Assembly (NCBI GenBank): GCA_965249475.1 | Contig: CBDFMD010000003.1 | Span: 1,868,561-1,932,560 of the forward strand | DNA from: Fimbriimonas sp. | Lineage (GTDB): Bacteria > Armatimonadota > Fimbriimonadia > Fimbriimonadales > Fimbriimonadaceae | DNA: 64,000 bases | Reading direction: 5' to 3' | In this document: positions 1 through 9,844 of the stretch, one piece after another | Position numbering within the stretch: the stretch's first letter is position 1 | Layout: the number at the start of each line of letters is the position of its first letter | Made by a program: the position numbers and the translations under genes | Notes under the pieces: generated by a model | The model's input: the letters and a program-made list of their open reading frames with translations, nothing else | Told to the model about the DNA's origin: nothing | The model's database searches: none

Positions 1-1140
1 GTAGCCGAGGGCGTACTCGGCCTGGAGGATGGTGTGGATCTCGTGGGTGCCCTCGTAGATCATCGCGCCGCGCGAGTTGCGGAAGTGGCGCTCGACGGGG
101 AACTCGTCGGAGAAGCCGTAGGCGCCGTGGATCTCGACGGCCTTGTTCGCGGCGTCGAAGGCGGCTTCGCAGTTCGTCCATTTGGCCATCGAGACCTCGC
201 GGGTGTGGCGGAGGCCGACGTTCTTCATCCAGCCGACCTTCTCGTAGAGGAGGCGTCCGACGTCGCGACCGCGGACCATGCTCGCGATCATCGCCTGGAC
301 GAGCTGCTTCTTGCCGATGGGCTCGCCGCCGACCTTGCGGTCGTTCGCATAGGCGACGGACGCCTCGAGGCAGGCGGCGATGATGCCGACGGCGCCGGCG
401 GCGACGGTGTAGCGGCCGTGGTCGAGGGCGGACATGGCGACCTTAAAGCCGTCGCCTTCGTCGCCGAGGCGGTCGCTCGCCGGGACGCGGACGGCGTCGA
501 AGTGGATGGAGCCGGTGTTGCCGGCGCGGACGCCGAGCTTGCCCTTGATCGTCGTGGAGGAGAAGCCGGGGAGGGTCCGGTCCACGATGAGGGCGACGTA
601 GTCCTTGCCCTTGCCGGCGCCCTGGAGCTTGGCGATGACGAGGAAGCGGTGGGCGTAGTCGGCGAGGGAGATCCAGGTCTTCTCGCCGGTGAGGACGTAC
701 TCGTCGCCCTCTTTGACGGCGACGGTCCTCATGTTCGCGGCGTCGGAGCCGGCGTCGGGCTCGGTGAGGCCGAAGGCCCCGAACGCCTCGCCGGTGGCGA
801 GGGACGGAAGCCAGCGCCCTTTCTGCTCGTCGGTCCCCCATTGGAGGATCGTCATGGCGTGGAGGCCGTTGTGGACGGAGAGGACGACGCGGGCGGTGGA
901 GTCGGCGGCCTCGAGCTCCTCGCAGGCGATGCCGAGGGCGATGTAGTCGGTGTCGGAGCCGCCGTACTTCGCGGGGAGGCCGATGCCGAGGAGGCCGGCC
1001 TCGCCCATGGCGCGGAGGACCTCGGGATCGGAGGCGTGGGTCCGGTCGCGCTCGGCGAGGCCGGGGAGGATCCGCTCGCGGCCGAAGCGGCGGGCCATCT
1101 CGCGGATGAGGTCGTGCTCCTGCGTCGGGGCGAAGTCCAT
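1..1140 (-). CDS. Acyl-CoA dehydrogenase (C-terminus cut by left window edge)
   Basis: Reverse frame absent from the ORF track because it runs off the edge. ATG at 1140 gives MDFAPTQEHDLIREMARRFGRERI... and continues to ...FRNSRGAMIYEGTHEIHTILQAEYALGY at base 1. This is the typical ACAD N/middle/C-domain pattern. The listed + ORF 34..1152 is its antisense shadow. Confidence 0.85.
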   Translation of the reverse strand, partial: MDFAPTQEHDLIREMARRFGRERILPGLAERDRTHASDPEVLRAMGEAGLLGIGLPAKYGGSDTDYIALGIACEELEAADSTARVVLSVHNGLHAMTILQWGTDEQKGRWLPSLATGEAFGAFGLTEPDAGSDAANMRTVAVKEGDEYVLTGEKTWISLADYAHRFLVIAKLQGAGKGKDYVALIVDRTLPGFSSTTIKGKLGVRAGNTGSIHFDAVRVPASDRLGDEGDGFKVAMSALDHGRYTVAAGAVGIIAACLEASVAYANDRKVGGEPIGKKQLVQAMIASMVRGRDVGRLLYEKVGWMKNVGLRHTREVSMAKWTNCEAAFDAANKAVEIHGAYGFSDEFPVERHFRNSRGAMIYEGTHEIHTILQAEYALGY

Positions 1141-1143
1141 GCT

Positions 1144-2027
1144 CTATTGTAACGGAGGCGCGGGGGGTTTGGGCACCTTCGCGGGCTTGCGGGGCGGTTT
1201 CGGAGCGGGTTTTCCGACGAGGACGACGGCGAGCGGGCCGAACTGGCGCTGGGTGATCTCGTCGAGGACGGTGAAGGTGCGGCGTCCGGGGCCTTTCACG
1301 CGGGGCTTGTAGCTCCACCGGCCTTCGAGGTCCACCTCGGCTCGTCCGAGGAGGGTGGCGTCCACGTACACGCGGACGAAGTCGCCGGGGGGGGCGATGC
1401 CGCGGAGGGTGAAACGGCCGAGGGGGAGCCGGTCCTTCGGGGCGACGTTCGTGATGCGGATGTCCTCGACGGCGGCGGTGCGATCGGCGGGAGCGGGGCG
1501 GTCGCGCGGGTCGCGTTCGGAGGCGGGGGGCACCTGCGCGGTGCGAGGACCGGCGAGGAACGCGGCCTGAAGCTCGGCGGTGCCTCCGGCGGGGGCGTCG
1601 CCACGGCGGAAACGGACGCGGAAGGCGTGGGTGCCGGGGGTCCTCACGCTCGCGCTCGCGCGCCAGCGGCCGTCGCGCGGGACGACGAATCGGGCGGTCT
1701 CGTCGCGGCCGTCGAAGAGGATCCCGGTCGCCCCGGCGGGGCCGCGTCCGGCGAGTACGAAGGTTCCGACCTCGCGGAAGGCAGACCCTTTGCGATCCGC
1801 GGGGGCGAGGGGGAGTCGGGTCTGGAGGGCCTCGGCGGTCTCCGCCACGGAGTACGTGCGCAGGGGCCGGGAGCCGGGGTCGCGGGGGCGGGGGGAGGAG
1901 GCGAGCGACACGACGGCGCCGAAGCCCGCGACGGCGCCGACGCCGATCTTCAGGCGGCGGTAGAGGAGGACGCCCTCGGGAGTGCGGAGGGGGATCTTCC
2001 CGCTCACGCGCTTCGCTCGGCTCCGGC
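1144..2027 (-). CDS. Hypothetical membrane-anchored/secreted protein
   Basis: C-terminal part of ORF 1144..2673. Likely GTG start at 2027 (VSGKIPLRTPEGVLLYRRLKIGVGAVAGFGAVVSLASS = N-terminal anchor). Normal amino-acid composition from there on. Lies 3 nt upstream of the acd start. Start uncertain. Confidence 0.5.
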
Positions 2028-2639
2028 GACGACGGGGGGGGTGGCGAGGGGCGTGGCGACGGGGGAGATGCCGAGCCGGTAGGAGGCGAGCTCGCTCTCG
2101 ACGTCCATGAGGCGCGATTCGAGGAGACTCTGGCGGCGGGCGGCCTCGGCGTTCTCCTCGGTGAGCGCCTCGAGGTTCGCTTCGAGTTCGGTGATGCGGC
2201 CCCGGTGGAGGGCGATCTCGCCCTCGAAGGGGGTCGGGGAGGGCTCGCGGCCCGACGCGACGGGCGGCAGAGCGGAAGCGTCCGGCCCCTCGCCTCCGGG
2301 CTCGCCGACGAGCTCCGTGCCGTCCGCTCTCTCGCCCTTCGGCTCGTCGTCCCCCGAGGTCACGAGCCGCAAGGGGGGGGCGGGGGAGGGGGGGGCGGGG
2401 GAGGGGGGGGCGAGGAGGGGGTGGGCGAGGGAACCGGCGTCGGGGCGGAGATCGGGCTCGGGCGGGTCGGACGGGCGGCGCTTCGCCTCGGCGAGCTCGG
2501 CCTGGAGCGCGTCGATGCGGCCCTGGGCCTTCTCGAGGGCTTTGGCGTAGGTGGGGCTTCCCCGGTAGACGGCGACGTCGATGAGGGCTTGGACGCCCCA
2601 CCCGACCGCGAATCCGACGACGACGCTTCCTACATCCAT
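2004..2639 (-). CDS. Hypothetical membrane-anchored coiled-coil protein with Pro-rich linker
   Basis: ORF 2004..2639. Has an N-terminal hydrophobic helix (MDVGSVVVGFAVGWGVQALIDVAV), a PSPAPPSPAPP linker and coiled-coil-like segments (ELEANLEALTEENAEAARRQ). Confidence 0.55.
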   Translation of the reverse strand: MDVGSVVVGFAVGWGVQALIDVAVYRGSPTYAKALEKAQGRIDALQAELAEAKRRPSDPPEPDLRPDAGSLAHPLLAPPSPAPPSPAPPLRLVTSGDDEPKGERADGTELVGEPGGEGPDASALPPVASGREPSPTPFEGEIALHRGRITELEANLEALTEENAEAARRQSLLESRLMDVESELASYRLGISPVATPLATPPVVAGAERSA

Positions 2640-2713
2640 AGCTCGATCCCCCCTTCCGACGCGGCGCGGGCACGACGCGATCCCAAAGGGGTATATCCCG
2701 CTATTCCACAGAT

Positions 2714-5700
2714 ATGAGGCTCTTCTCCACGCTCGCTCCTCTCGCCGGGACTCTCGTCCTCTCCAGCCACGCCCCCGCCGGTCCTTCGGCCCATCCTGCG
2801 GCCGATCCTACGGCCCAGTTCACGGAAGGGGGCGCGCGCGCCTCGTCGGTGGCGCGGAAGGCGAGCGAGGGGCCGCTCGCGCCGCTTCTCGACTCGCTTC
2901 TCCTGCGCGAGCTCGGGCCGACGAACATGGGGGGTCGGATCATGGACTTCGCGGTGTACGAGCGCGATCCGCGGATCTTCTACGTGGCGACGGCCTCGGG
3001 GGGGCTCTACAAGACGACGAACGGGGGGACGAGCTTCACGCCGCTCTTCCAGCAGGAGGGCTCGATCTCGCTCGGGGCGGTGGCGATCGCGCCGTCGAAC
3101 CCGGACGTGGTGTACGTGGGGACGGGGGAGCAGTCGTCGCGGAACTCGGTCGCGTGGGGGGACGGGGTGTACCGCTCGACGGACGGGGGGAAGACGTTCG
3201 TCAAGCTCGGGCTCACCGAGACGCGGCACATCGGGCGGATCGTGGTGGACCCGCGGAACCCGGACGTGGCGTACGTGGCGGCGCTCGGGCGGCTTTGGGG
3301 GCGGAGCGAGGAGCGGGGCGTGTACAAGACGACCGACGGCGGGAAGACGTGGGCGCACGTCCTCGCGCTCGATGAGAAGTCGGGGGCGGTGGACCTCGAC
3401 ATGGATCCGAAGGATCCGAACGTGCTGTACGCCTCGATGTGGGACCGGCTGAGGAAGCCGTACGTGTTCGCGTCGGGGGGGCCGACGTCGGGGCTCTACA
3501 AGACGAGCGACGGGGGTCGGACGTGGAAGCGGCTCGGGAAGGGTCTCCCGGGCGGGGATCTCGGGCGGATCGGGGTGTCGATCTACCGGAAGGACCCGCG
3601 GGTGCTCGTGGCGACGGTGGAGTACGCGGTGCCGGGGGCGCCGAAGACGATCTCGAGCGACGACGACCTGGAGCGGTCGGAGCGGGAGCGCGACGCGGGA
3701 CGGGACAGCTCGGGACACGAGGGCGCGGGAGGCGAGACGGGGGGGCTCTCGGCGCTCCGGTTGCTGACCTCTCGGTTCCAGGGCACCTCGACGACGCCGC
3801 CGCAGACGGGAGGCCAGACGGGCGGGCAGAAGACGCTTCCGCCGCAGAACACGGGGAAGCCGAAGACCTCGGACGAGCCGAAGCGGGTGGACCCGGCGGC
3901 GACGACGGGGCAGAAGTCCTCGCCGGCGGCCCCCAAGGCGCCCGCGAAGCCGAAGGACCCGCGGATGGTGGTGCCCTCGGGAAGCCAGTTCAACGGGGGC
4001 GGGCTCTTCCTCTCGCGGGACGGGGGGGAGAGCTGGACGCTTCTGCGGCAGCTGGACCCGCGGCCGTTCTACTTCTCGACCCCGCTCATCGACCCGAACG
4101 ACGCGCGGCGGATCTACATGGGGGGGCTCAACATCCTCATGACGACGGACGGGGGGAAGACGTGGAAGACGGTGGGGGACGTGACGCACGCCGACCATCA
4201 CGCGATCTGGGTGGACCCGCGGGACTCGAACACGGTGATGACGGGTTGCGACGGCGGAGTGAACATCTCGCGGGACCGGGCGCTCACGTGGGACGTCATC
4301 CAGTCCATGCCGATCGGGCAGTTCTACTCGGTGGACTACGACACCCAGCGGCCGTACTGGGTGTACGGGGGGCTCCAGGACAACGGGACGTGGGGGATCC
4401 CCACGCAGTCGCCGAACGGGGGGGTGGGCTTTTGGGACGCGCAGAGCCTCTACGGCGGGGACGGGTTCTACACCCGGACGGACAAGGCGAACCCAGCGAT
4501 CGTGTACGCGGAGAGCCAGGGGGGGAACGTCGGGCGGATCAACCGGACGACGGGGGAGCGCAAGAGCCTCCGGCCCGCGATGAACAAGGCGGCGGGGCTC
4601 GCGAAGACCGCCAAGGGGAAGACCGAGGAGTTGCGGTGCAACTGGAACACGCCGATCGAGCTCGGGCGGCACGCGGAAGGGACCGTGTACGTCGGGGCGC
4701 ACCGGCTTCTTCGCTCGACGGACCGGGGGGAGACGTTCGCGGCGATCTCGCCGGATCTCACGGGGAACTCGCCTCGGAAGGAGGCGACGGAGCTTATCGC
4801 GGCGCGGATCTCGGTGAACGGGGAGGCGACGGGGGCGGAGAACCACTGCACGATCGTGACGATCGCGGAATCGCCGGTCACGAAGGGCGTGATCGCGACG
4901 GGAAGCGACGACGGGCGGGTGAACGTCACGAAGGACGACGGGAAGACGTGGACGGACGTGACCCGGAACCTGCCGGGGCTGCCGGACGGGATCTGGTGCA
5001 CGCGGGTGATCCTCTCGAAGTGGAAGTCCGGGCGGATGTACGCGACGTTCGACAACCACCGGTACGACGACTTCAAGCCGTACCTCTACCGGAGCGAGGA
5101 TCTGGGGGCGACGTGGACGAGGATGGACGGCGGCCTACCGGACTACGACTGCCTCTACGTCATCCGGGAGGACGAGCGGAATCCGCGGGCGCTGTATCTG
5201 GGCTCGGAGATGTCGCTCCGGGTCTCGAACGACGAGGGGGCGACGTGGACGCGGCTCCGGTCGGGGTTCCCGACGGTGGCGGTGCACGACCTGCAGGTGA
5301 ACGACCGGGACTCGGATCTTGTGATCGGGACGCACGGGCGGGCGATCTGGACGCTCGACATCGGGCCGATCTCGAACCTGTCGGCGGGGGACGACGGGAA
5401 GGCGGACGCGCTCTTTCCGCCGAAGGCCATCGTGCGGATGCCGTTCACGACGAGCGGGGGCTGGGAGGGGAACCGGTACTTCGTCGCGCGCAACACCCAG
5501 CCGGGGACGACGGTGTACTACCGGCTCGCGGCGGAGCCGAAGTCGGACGTCGTGGTCCGGCTTCTCGGGGCGGACGGGAAGAGCCTCACGTCGGTGGACG
5601 GAACGAAGAGGGTCGGGATGAACGCGGTGCGGATCGTGCCGCGGGCGAACGGCCAGGCGCTTCCGGCGGGGAAGTACACGGTGGAGCTCGGCTACGACGG

Positions 5701-5749
5701 GAAGAAGACGAGCCAGCCGGTGGAGATCTTCGACCCTAAAGGCTACTAA
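2714..5749 (+). CDS. Secreted BNR/Asp-box repeat protein (sortilin/VPS10-like glycosyl-hydrolase-like beta-propeller)
   Basis: 1011 aa with a signal-like N-terminus. Carries many S-x-D-x-G-x-T-W Asp-box motifs (STDGGKTF, TTDGGKTW, TSDGGRTW, SRDGGESW, TTDGGKTW, SRDRALTW, STDRGETF, TKDDGKTW, SEDLGATW, SNDEGATW). Confidence 0.85.
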   Translation: MRLFSTLAPLAGTLVLSSHAPAGPSAHPAADPTAQFTEGGARASSVARKASEGPLAPLLDSLLLRELGPTNMGGRIMDFAVYERDPRIFYVATASGGLYKTTNGGTSFTPLFQQEGSISLGAVAIAPSNPDVVYVGTGEQSSRNSVAWGDGVYRSTDGGKTFVKLGLTETRHIGRIVVDPRNPDVAYVAALGRLWGRSEERGVYKTTDGGKTWAHVLALDEKSGAVDLDMDPKDPNVLYASMWDRLRKPYVFASGGPTSGLYKTSDGGRTWKRLGKGLPGGDLGRIGVSIYRKDPRVLVATVEYAVPGAPKTISSDDDLERSERERDAGRDSSGHEGAGGETGGLSALRLLTSRFQGTSTTPPQTGGQTGGQKTLPPQNTGKPKTSDEPKRVDPAATTGQKSSPAAPKAPAKPKDPRMVVPSGSQFNGGGLFLSRDGGESWTLLRQLDPRPFYFSTPLIDPNDARRIYMGGLNILMTTDGGKTWKTVGDVTHADHHAIWVDPRDSNTVMTGCDGGVNISRDRALTWDVIQSMPIGQFYSVDYDTQRPYWVYGGLQDNGTWGIPTQSPNGGVGFWDAQSLYGGDGFYTRTDKANPAIVYAESQGGNVGRINRTTGERKSLRPAMNKAAGLAKTAKGKTEELRCNWNTPIELGRHAEGTVYVGAHRLLRSTDRGETFAAISPDLTGNSPRKEATELIAARISVNGEATGAENHCTIVTIAESPVTKGVIATGSDDGRVNVTKDDGKTWTDVTRNLPGLPDGIWCTRVILSKWKSGRMYATFDNHRYDDFKPYLYRSEDLGATWTRMDGGLPDYDCLYVIREDERNPRALYLGSEMSLRVSNDEGATWTRLRSGFPTVAVHDLQVNDRDSDLVIGTHGRAIWTLDIGPISNLSAGDDGKADALFPPKAIVRMPFTTSGGWEGNRYFVARNTQPGTTVYYRLAAEPKSDVVVRLLGADGKSLTSVDGTKRVGMNAVRIVPRANGQALPAGKYTVELGYDGKKTSQPVEIFDPKGY

Positions 5750-5802
5750 GAGGCTATTCAGCCGCCGATCCCCCACGGCGTCCCGTAGACCTACGGGACG
5801 CC

Positions 5803-6792
5803 ATGGCGATGCAGTACACCACCCTCGGACGATCGGGACTCAAGGTCTCACGGGTTTGCCTCGGCACGATGAACTTCGGGCCGCAGACGACGCAGGAGGA
5901 CTCGTTCGCGATCATGGACCGGGCGCTCGATCTCGGGATCAACTTTTTCGACACGGCGAACGGGTACGGGGGTCAGCCGGGGGAGGGGATCACGGAGCGG
6001 ATCATCGGGGACTGGTTCGCGCAAGGGGGCGAGCGTCGGGAGCGGACGGTGCTCGCGACGAAGTTCTACGGGGGGATGGGGAAGGGTCTCCAGAAGGACT
6101 GGCCGAACACGAACGGGGGGAGCGCGCTGAACATCCGGCGGGCGTGCGACGCCTCGCTCGGGCGGCTGAAGACGGACTACATCGACGTGTACCAGATGCA
6201 CCACATCGACCGGAGCGTGCCGTTCGACGAGGTGTGGGAGGCGTTCGACGTCCTGCGGACGCAGGGGAAGGTTCTCTACTTCGGTTCGTCGAACTACGCG
6301 GGGTGGCATATCGCACAGGCGAACGAGGAGGCGAAGCGGCGGGGCTCGCTCGGGCTCGTCTCGGAGCAGTCGAAGTACTCGCTTCTCCAGCGGGAGATCG
6401 AGATGGAGGTCGCGCCGGCGTGCGAGGCGTACGGGGTGGGGATCATCCCGTGGTCGCCGCTCGCGGGGGGGGCGCTCGCGGGGATCATGAAGGGCCAGGA
6501 GGGCGTGCGGCGCAAGGGGGACTGGACGGACAAGCTCCGGGCGGAGAAGGGGGAGATCCTCACGCGGTGGGAGGATCTGTGCGAGGGGCTCGGGGAGTCC
6601 CCGGCGGACGTGGCGATCGCGTGGACGCTCACGAAGCCGTTCGTGGCCTCGCCGATCCTCGGGCCTCGGACGGTGGAGCAGCTGGAGTCCTCGGCGCGGA
6701 CGCCGGAGATCGAGTTGAGTCCGGAGACGCTCGCGAAGATCGACGAGCTGTTCCCGCCGTTCAAGACGTCGCCCGAGCACTACGCCTGGTGA
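5803..6792 (+). CDS. Aldo/keto reductase
   Basis: MAMQYTTLGRSGLKVSRVCLGTMNFG...INFFDTANGYG... is a canonical AKR N-terminus, and the 329 aa length fits. The start could be the ATG at 5809. Confidence 0.9.
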   Translation: MAMQYTTLGRSGLKVSRVCLGTMNFGPQTTQEDSFAIMDRALDLGINFFDTANGYGGQPGEGITERIIGDWFAQGGERRERTVLATKFYGGMGKGLQKDWPNTNGGSALNIRRACDASLGRLKTDYIDVYQMHHIDRSVPFDEVWEAFDVLRTQGKVLYFGSSNYAGWHIAQANEEAKRRGSLGLVSEQSKYSLLQREIEMEVAPACEAYGVGIIPWSPLAGGALAGIMKGQEGVRRKGDWTDKLRAEKGEILTRWEDLCEGLGESPADVAIAWTLTKPFVASPILGPRTVEQLESSARTPEIELSPETLAKIDELFPPFKTSPEHYAW

Positions 6793-6831
6793 TCGGGGCG
6801 CGGGGCCGTCGGTCCCGCGCCCCGGGCGGGC

Positions 6832-7269
6832 CTAGCGGACGCGGACGAAGACGTTCGGTTTCCCGGCCTTGGGGGTGACGACGAAGCGATCGGGGCCGGA
6901 GAACCGGACCGTACCCGAGGGGGTGGGTGTGGCGAGCATGACGCGCTTGAAGCCCGCCTGGGCGGCGGGGGTGACCCTCGCGCGGTCGGAGGGGCTCAAG
7001 GCGGCGACGTCGAGCCGGGCGTCGGTCGCGCGCAGGACGAGGACGTTCCCCCGAAGAGCGTAGGTGCCGCTCAGGTCGAAGGCGAGGGGGTGTCCGGGGC
7101 GCTTCACGCCGCTCACGCGCTCGGTGAAGCGGCCTCCGGCGAAGGTGAAGACGCTCACGATGCGGTCGGAGACGCGGCCCTCGGTGCGCCACCGGCCTTC
7201 GATGGGGGGTCGGGCGGGCGCGAGGGCGGCGATGGCGAGGAGGGCGACGGCGGGGAGGGTTCGGCTCAT
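6832..7269 (-). CDS. Small secreted lipocalin-like protein (paralogue 1)
   Basis: 145 aa with a signal peptide, then the GRW motif (PPIEGRWRTEG) shared with the neighbouring paralogues. Similar length and beta-rich pattern. Confidence 0.65.
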   Translation of the reverse strand: MSRTLPAVALLAIAALAPARPPIEGRWRTEGRVSDRIVSVFTFAGGRFTERVSGVKRPGHPLAFDLSGTYALRGNVLVLRATDARLDVAALSPSDRARVTPAAQAGFKRVMLATPTPSGTVRFSGPDRFVVTPKAGKPNVFVRVR

Positions 7270-7297
7270 CCGGATCGAGTCTACAGGGGAGGGCGTC

Positions 7298-7780
7298 CTA
7301 GCGGCCGACGGCGCGGGTGAGGACGACCTTGCGGTCGGGGCGGGTGAGTTCGAGGCGGTCGGGACCCGCGTTTTTGAAGGCGTAGGCGACGGGCTGGCCG
7401 TCCTCGCCGCCGACGGAGCGGCGGAGAATGCCTTCGGCCTGGGCGCGGAGGGGGGGGTCGAGGCGGGAGACGTCGATCTCCGTCGCGCGGTTCGTGATGG
7501 TGAGGGTGTCGCCCTGGAGGGCGTACGCGCCCTCCTGGTGGACGGAGACGGTGCCGAGTCCCCGGACGAGGAGGCGGGTCTCGACGGTGCGGACGCCGTC
7601 CTTGAACTCGGCGTAGGCGACGCCGGCGCGGGCGGTGAGGGCGGGGTCGCTCACGTCCCAGCGTCCGGCGAGGGGGTCGGGGGGCTTGCCGCACGCGGCG
7701 ATCGCGAAGGGGGCGAGCGCACCGAGAAGCAGGGGGTGAAGAAGGGGGCGAGGAGGGGGGCGAAGACGGCGGCGGGTCAT
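7298..7780 (-). CDS. Small lipocalin-like lipoprotein (paralogue 2)
   Basis: Real start is the ATG at 7780 inside ORF 7298..8137. MTRRRLRPPPRPLLHPLLLGALAPFAIAACGK contains a lipobox, followed by AGRWDVSD. 160 aa. Confidence 0.7.
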   Translation of the reverse strand: MTRRRLRPPPRPLLHPLLLGALAPFAIAACGKPPDPLAGRWDVSDPALTARAGVAYAEFKDGVRTVETRLLVRGLGTVSVHQEGAYALQGDTLTITNRATEIDVSRLDPPLRAQAEGILRRSVGGEDGQPVAYAFKNAGPDRLELTRPDRKVVLTRAVGR

Positions 7781-8214
7781 GGGAGGCGTTCGAGGGTCAT
7801 GGTGGTGCCGTTGGGGTACTTCACGAAGGCGCGGCCGCCGGAGGAGAACTCCAGTTTGACGGTCTCGACGGACTCGAGGGTGGTGACGGTCTCGGTCTTC
7901 GTCGCGGTGTTCGCGACGGCCATCGCGCGGGCGGCGGGGGTCATGCCGGAGGTGTCGAAGCGGGCGGTGGCGGCGCTGAGGGTGAGGTCGGCGCCTTGGA
8001 GCTCGTAGCGGCCGGAGCGCTCGTAGACGAGGGTGCCCATCTCGCGGCTCTTGGTGACGACGCGGGAGGCGAAGCGTCCCGCGTCGAAGGTCATCGTCGT
8101 CTCGGCGCCGGTGACGCCGGCGGCCTTGGCGCGCCACCTCCCCTCCAGGGTCGGGCCCTTGCAGGAGGCGAGGGAGAGGGCGAGGAGCATCAGGGGGAGA
8201 ACGTCGCGTCGCAT
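7777..8214 (-). CDS. Small lipocalin-like lipoprotein (paralogue 3)
   Basis: Start ATG at 8214 (MRRDVLPLMLLALSLASCKG has a lipobox), then EGRWRAKA. The stop overlaps the next start in an ATGA at 7777-7780. Confidence 0.7.
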   Translation of the reverse strand: MRRDVLPLMLLALSLASCKGPTLEGRWRAKAAGVTGAETTMTFDAGRFASRVVTKSREMGTLVYERSGRYELQGADLTLSAATARFDTSGMTPAARAMAVANTATKTETVTTLESVETVKLEFSSGGRAFVKYPNGTTMTLERLP

Positions 8215-8285
8215 GGCCTTTCTATCCTCTGGGTTCCACATCGGATCTCAGGAGAGGGTCGAAAGGCCTTTTTAGAGGGCGGGGC

Positions 8286-8735
8286 CTACTTTGCGCGGGT
8301 GAGGGTGGCGGTGCCTTTGGGAGAGGTCATGAGGACCTGGTCGGACGAGTCGAACTTGATGGTGAACTGGTGGTCCTGCTTCGTCTGCTCGAGGATCTTG
8401 CCTTTGAGGTCCTGGCCGGTGAGGAAAGCCTTGGCCATGGGGGTGGCTTTGGAGTCGTCGATCTTCACGTCCTTGTAGTTCAGGTCGAGCTTGTCGCCGG
8501 AGAGGGTGTAGTCGCCGGAGACGACGAGGTTCAGCTCGCCGACGGCCTGTTGCTTCATCGCCATCGTCATGGTGGCCTTGCCGCCGGAGAAGTCGATCGT
8601 CGCGGCGGAGCCGGGGGCGGCGCCGGAGAGTCCCTGGACGTTCCACTTGCCGTCGAGGGAGTTGCCCTTGCAACCGGCGAGGGGGAGGGCGAGGAGCGAG
8701 AGGCCGAGAAGGAGGGCGGCCGGAGTCGAGCGCAT
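8286..8735 (-). CDS. Small lipocalin-like lipoprotein (paralogue 4)
   Basis: MRSTPAALLLGLSLLALPLAGCKG contains a lipobox, then DGKWNVQG. 149 aa. Confidence 0.75.
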   Translation of the reverse strand: MRSTPAALLLGLSLLALPLAGCKGNSLDGKWNVQGLSGAAPGSAATIDFSGGKATMTMAMKQQAVGELNLVVSGDYTLSGDKLDLNYKDVKIDDSKATPMAKAFLTGQDLKGKILEQTKQDHQFTIKFDSSDQVLMTSPKGTATLTRAK

Positions 8736-8753
8736 ACCCGAGTCTACCGACGC

Positions 8754-9755
8754 CTAGTCGGCGAACGTGGCGACGAAGCCGAGGCTCTTGCCGTTCTTCG
8801 CGCCCCAGCCGGTGAGGACGACGGTGCGGCCGGTGCGGCCGATGCCGACGACCTGCTCGAAGGTCCACCCCGCGACGTTCGCGCGGTGGGCGGCGAGAAA
8901 GGCGCCGAGTCCCTGGACGGCGGCGGCGGAGTTCCAGACGGCGGCCCTTTCGCCCGAGAAGCCAGCGACGTAGCGTCCGGCGGGGTCCACGGCCAGTGCG
9001 ACGGCGGTCGTCGCGCCGGGAAGGGGGGGAAGGACAGAGATGCCGCCGGTGCGGAGGTCCCAGCGGGCGGCGGCGGTTCGCGCGCGGGCGGAGAGGGAGC
9101 CGACGGCGAGGCGTCCGTCGGGGGTGATCGCCTCGGCGGAGGAGTCCGCGGCCCAGTGGGGGACGACGAGAAGACGGGAGCCGACGAGCTCGGTCCAGAG
9201 GAAGGCGCGGGTGGATTTGGCGGCGTCGTAGGCGACGCCGACGACGGGGGAGCCGCCCCGGGCGGCGGCGCGGGCGTGCATGTCGGGGTAGCCGCGCAGG
9301 GGTTGGAGGATGGTGGCGAGCCCGCGCCGCCAGCGGACGGCGCGGAAGCCGCCGCCCTCGCTCTGGCTGTAGCCGACCGCGGTGGCGCCGTCGGCGGAGA
9401 CGCCGGAGGCGACGGAGGCGGCGTCGGCGCGCAAGGGGGCGAGGGTGCGGAGCGTCCCGCCGGTCCAGGCGAAGGCGTTCTTCGCGACGCCGACGATCGC
9501 GCGGCCCCCGGCGGCGACGGCGTTGGGGTAGACCTCGGCGCCGCCGGGGGAGAAGTGGGCGAGGGAGCGGGGGGCGACGCGGTAGACGAAGCCGTTCGCG
9601 GGGGAGAAGCCTCCGACGACGACGGCGCCGTCGGGGCTTATCGCGTAGGGGTGGGGGGCGGGGAGGCCCCTCTCGGGAGGGATCGCGACGAGGGTCGCGC
9701 GGGAGGCGACCGGTCTCGCCGGGGGCAGGAGCGCCGCGACCGCGGGGGCGAGCAT
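8754..9755 (-). CDS. HAF-type extracellular repeat protein
   Basis: Start ATG at 9755 (MLAPAVAALLPPARP...). Repeated units match the HAF-repeat pattern: AISPDGAVVVGGF, GVSADGATAVGYS, AITPDGRLAVGS, AVDPAGRYVAGF. Confidence 0.6.
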   Translation of the reverse strand: MLAPAVAALLPPARPVASRATLVAIPPERGLPAPHPYAISPDGAVVVGGFSPANGFVYRVAPRSLAHFSPGGAEVYPNAVAAGGRAIVGVAKNAFAWTGGTLRTLAPLRADAASVASGVSADGATAVGYSQSEGGGFRAVRWRRGLATILQPLRGYPDMHARAAARGGSPVVGVAYDAAKSTRAFLWTELVGSRLLVVPHWAADSSAEAITPDGRLAVGSLSARARTAAARWDLRTGGISVLPPLPGATTAVALAVDPAGRYVAGFSGERAAVWNSAAAVQGLGAFLAAHRANVAGWTFEQVVGIGRTGRTVVLTGWGAKNGKSLGFVATFAD

Positions 9756-9844
9756 GGGATCTATTATGGGCGCTCGGACGACGATCCCCCAAGACCGCGA
9801 GCCGGCGACCGCGAGCCGGCGACCGCGAGCCGGCAAGCCGCGGG

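Noticed and set aside
2370-2430. G-rich tract (gggggggcgggggaggggggggcgggggaggggggggcgagg) as a possible G-quadruplex or regulatory element
   Set aside because: - It is the antisense of the in-frame PSPAPPSPAPP proline-rich linker of gene 2004..2639.
- It is adequately explained by coding low complexity.
- There is no independent evidence of a regulatory role.
8215-8285. Possible terminator hairpin (aggcc…ggcct) between lipoprotein paralogues 3 and 4
   Set aside because: It has only a 5-bp stem with a long loop and no U-tract on the relevant strand, so it is too weak to call.
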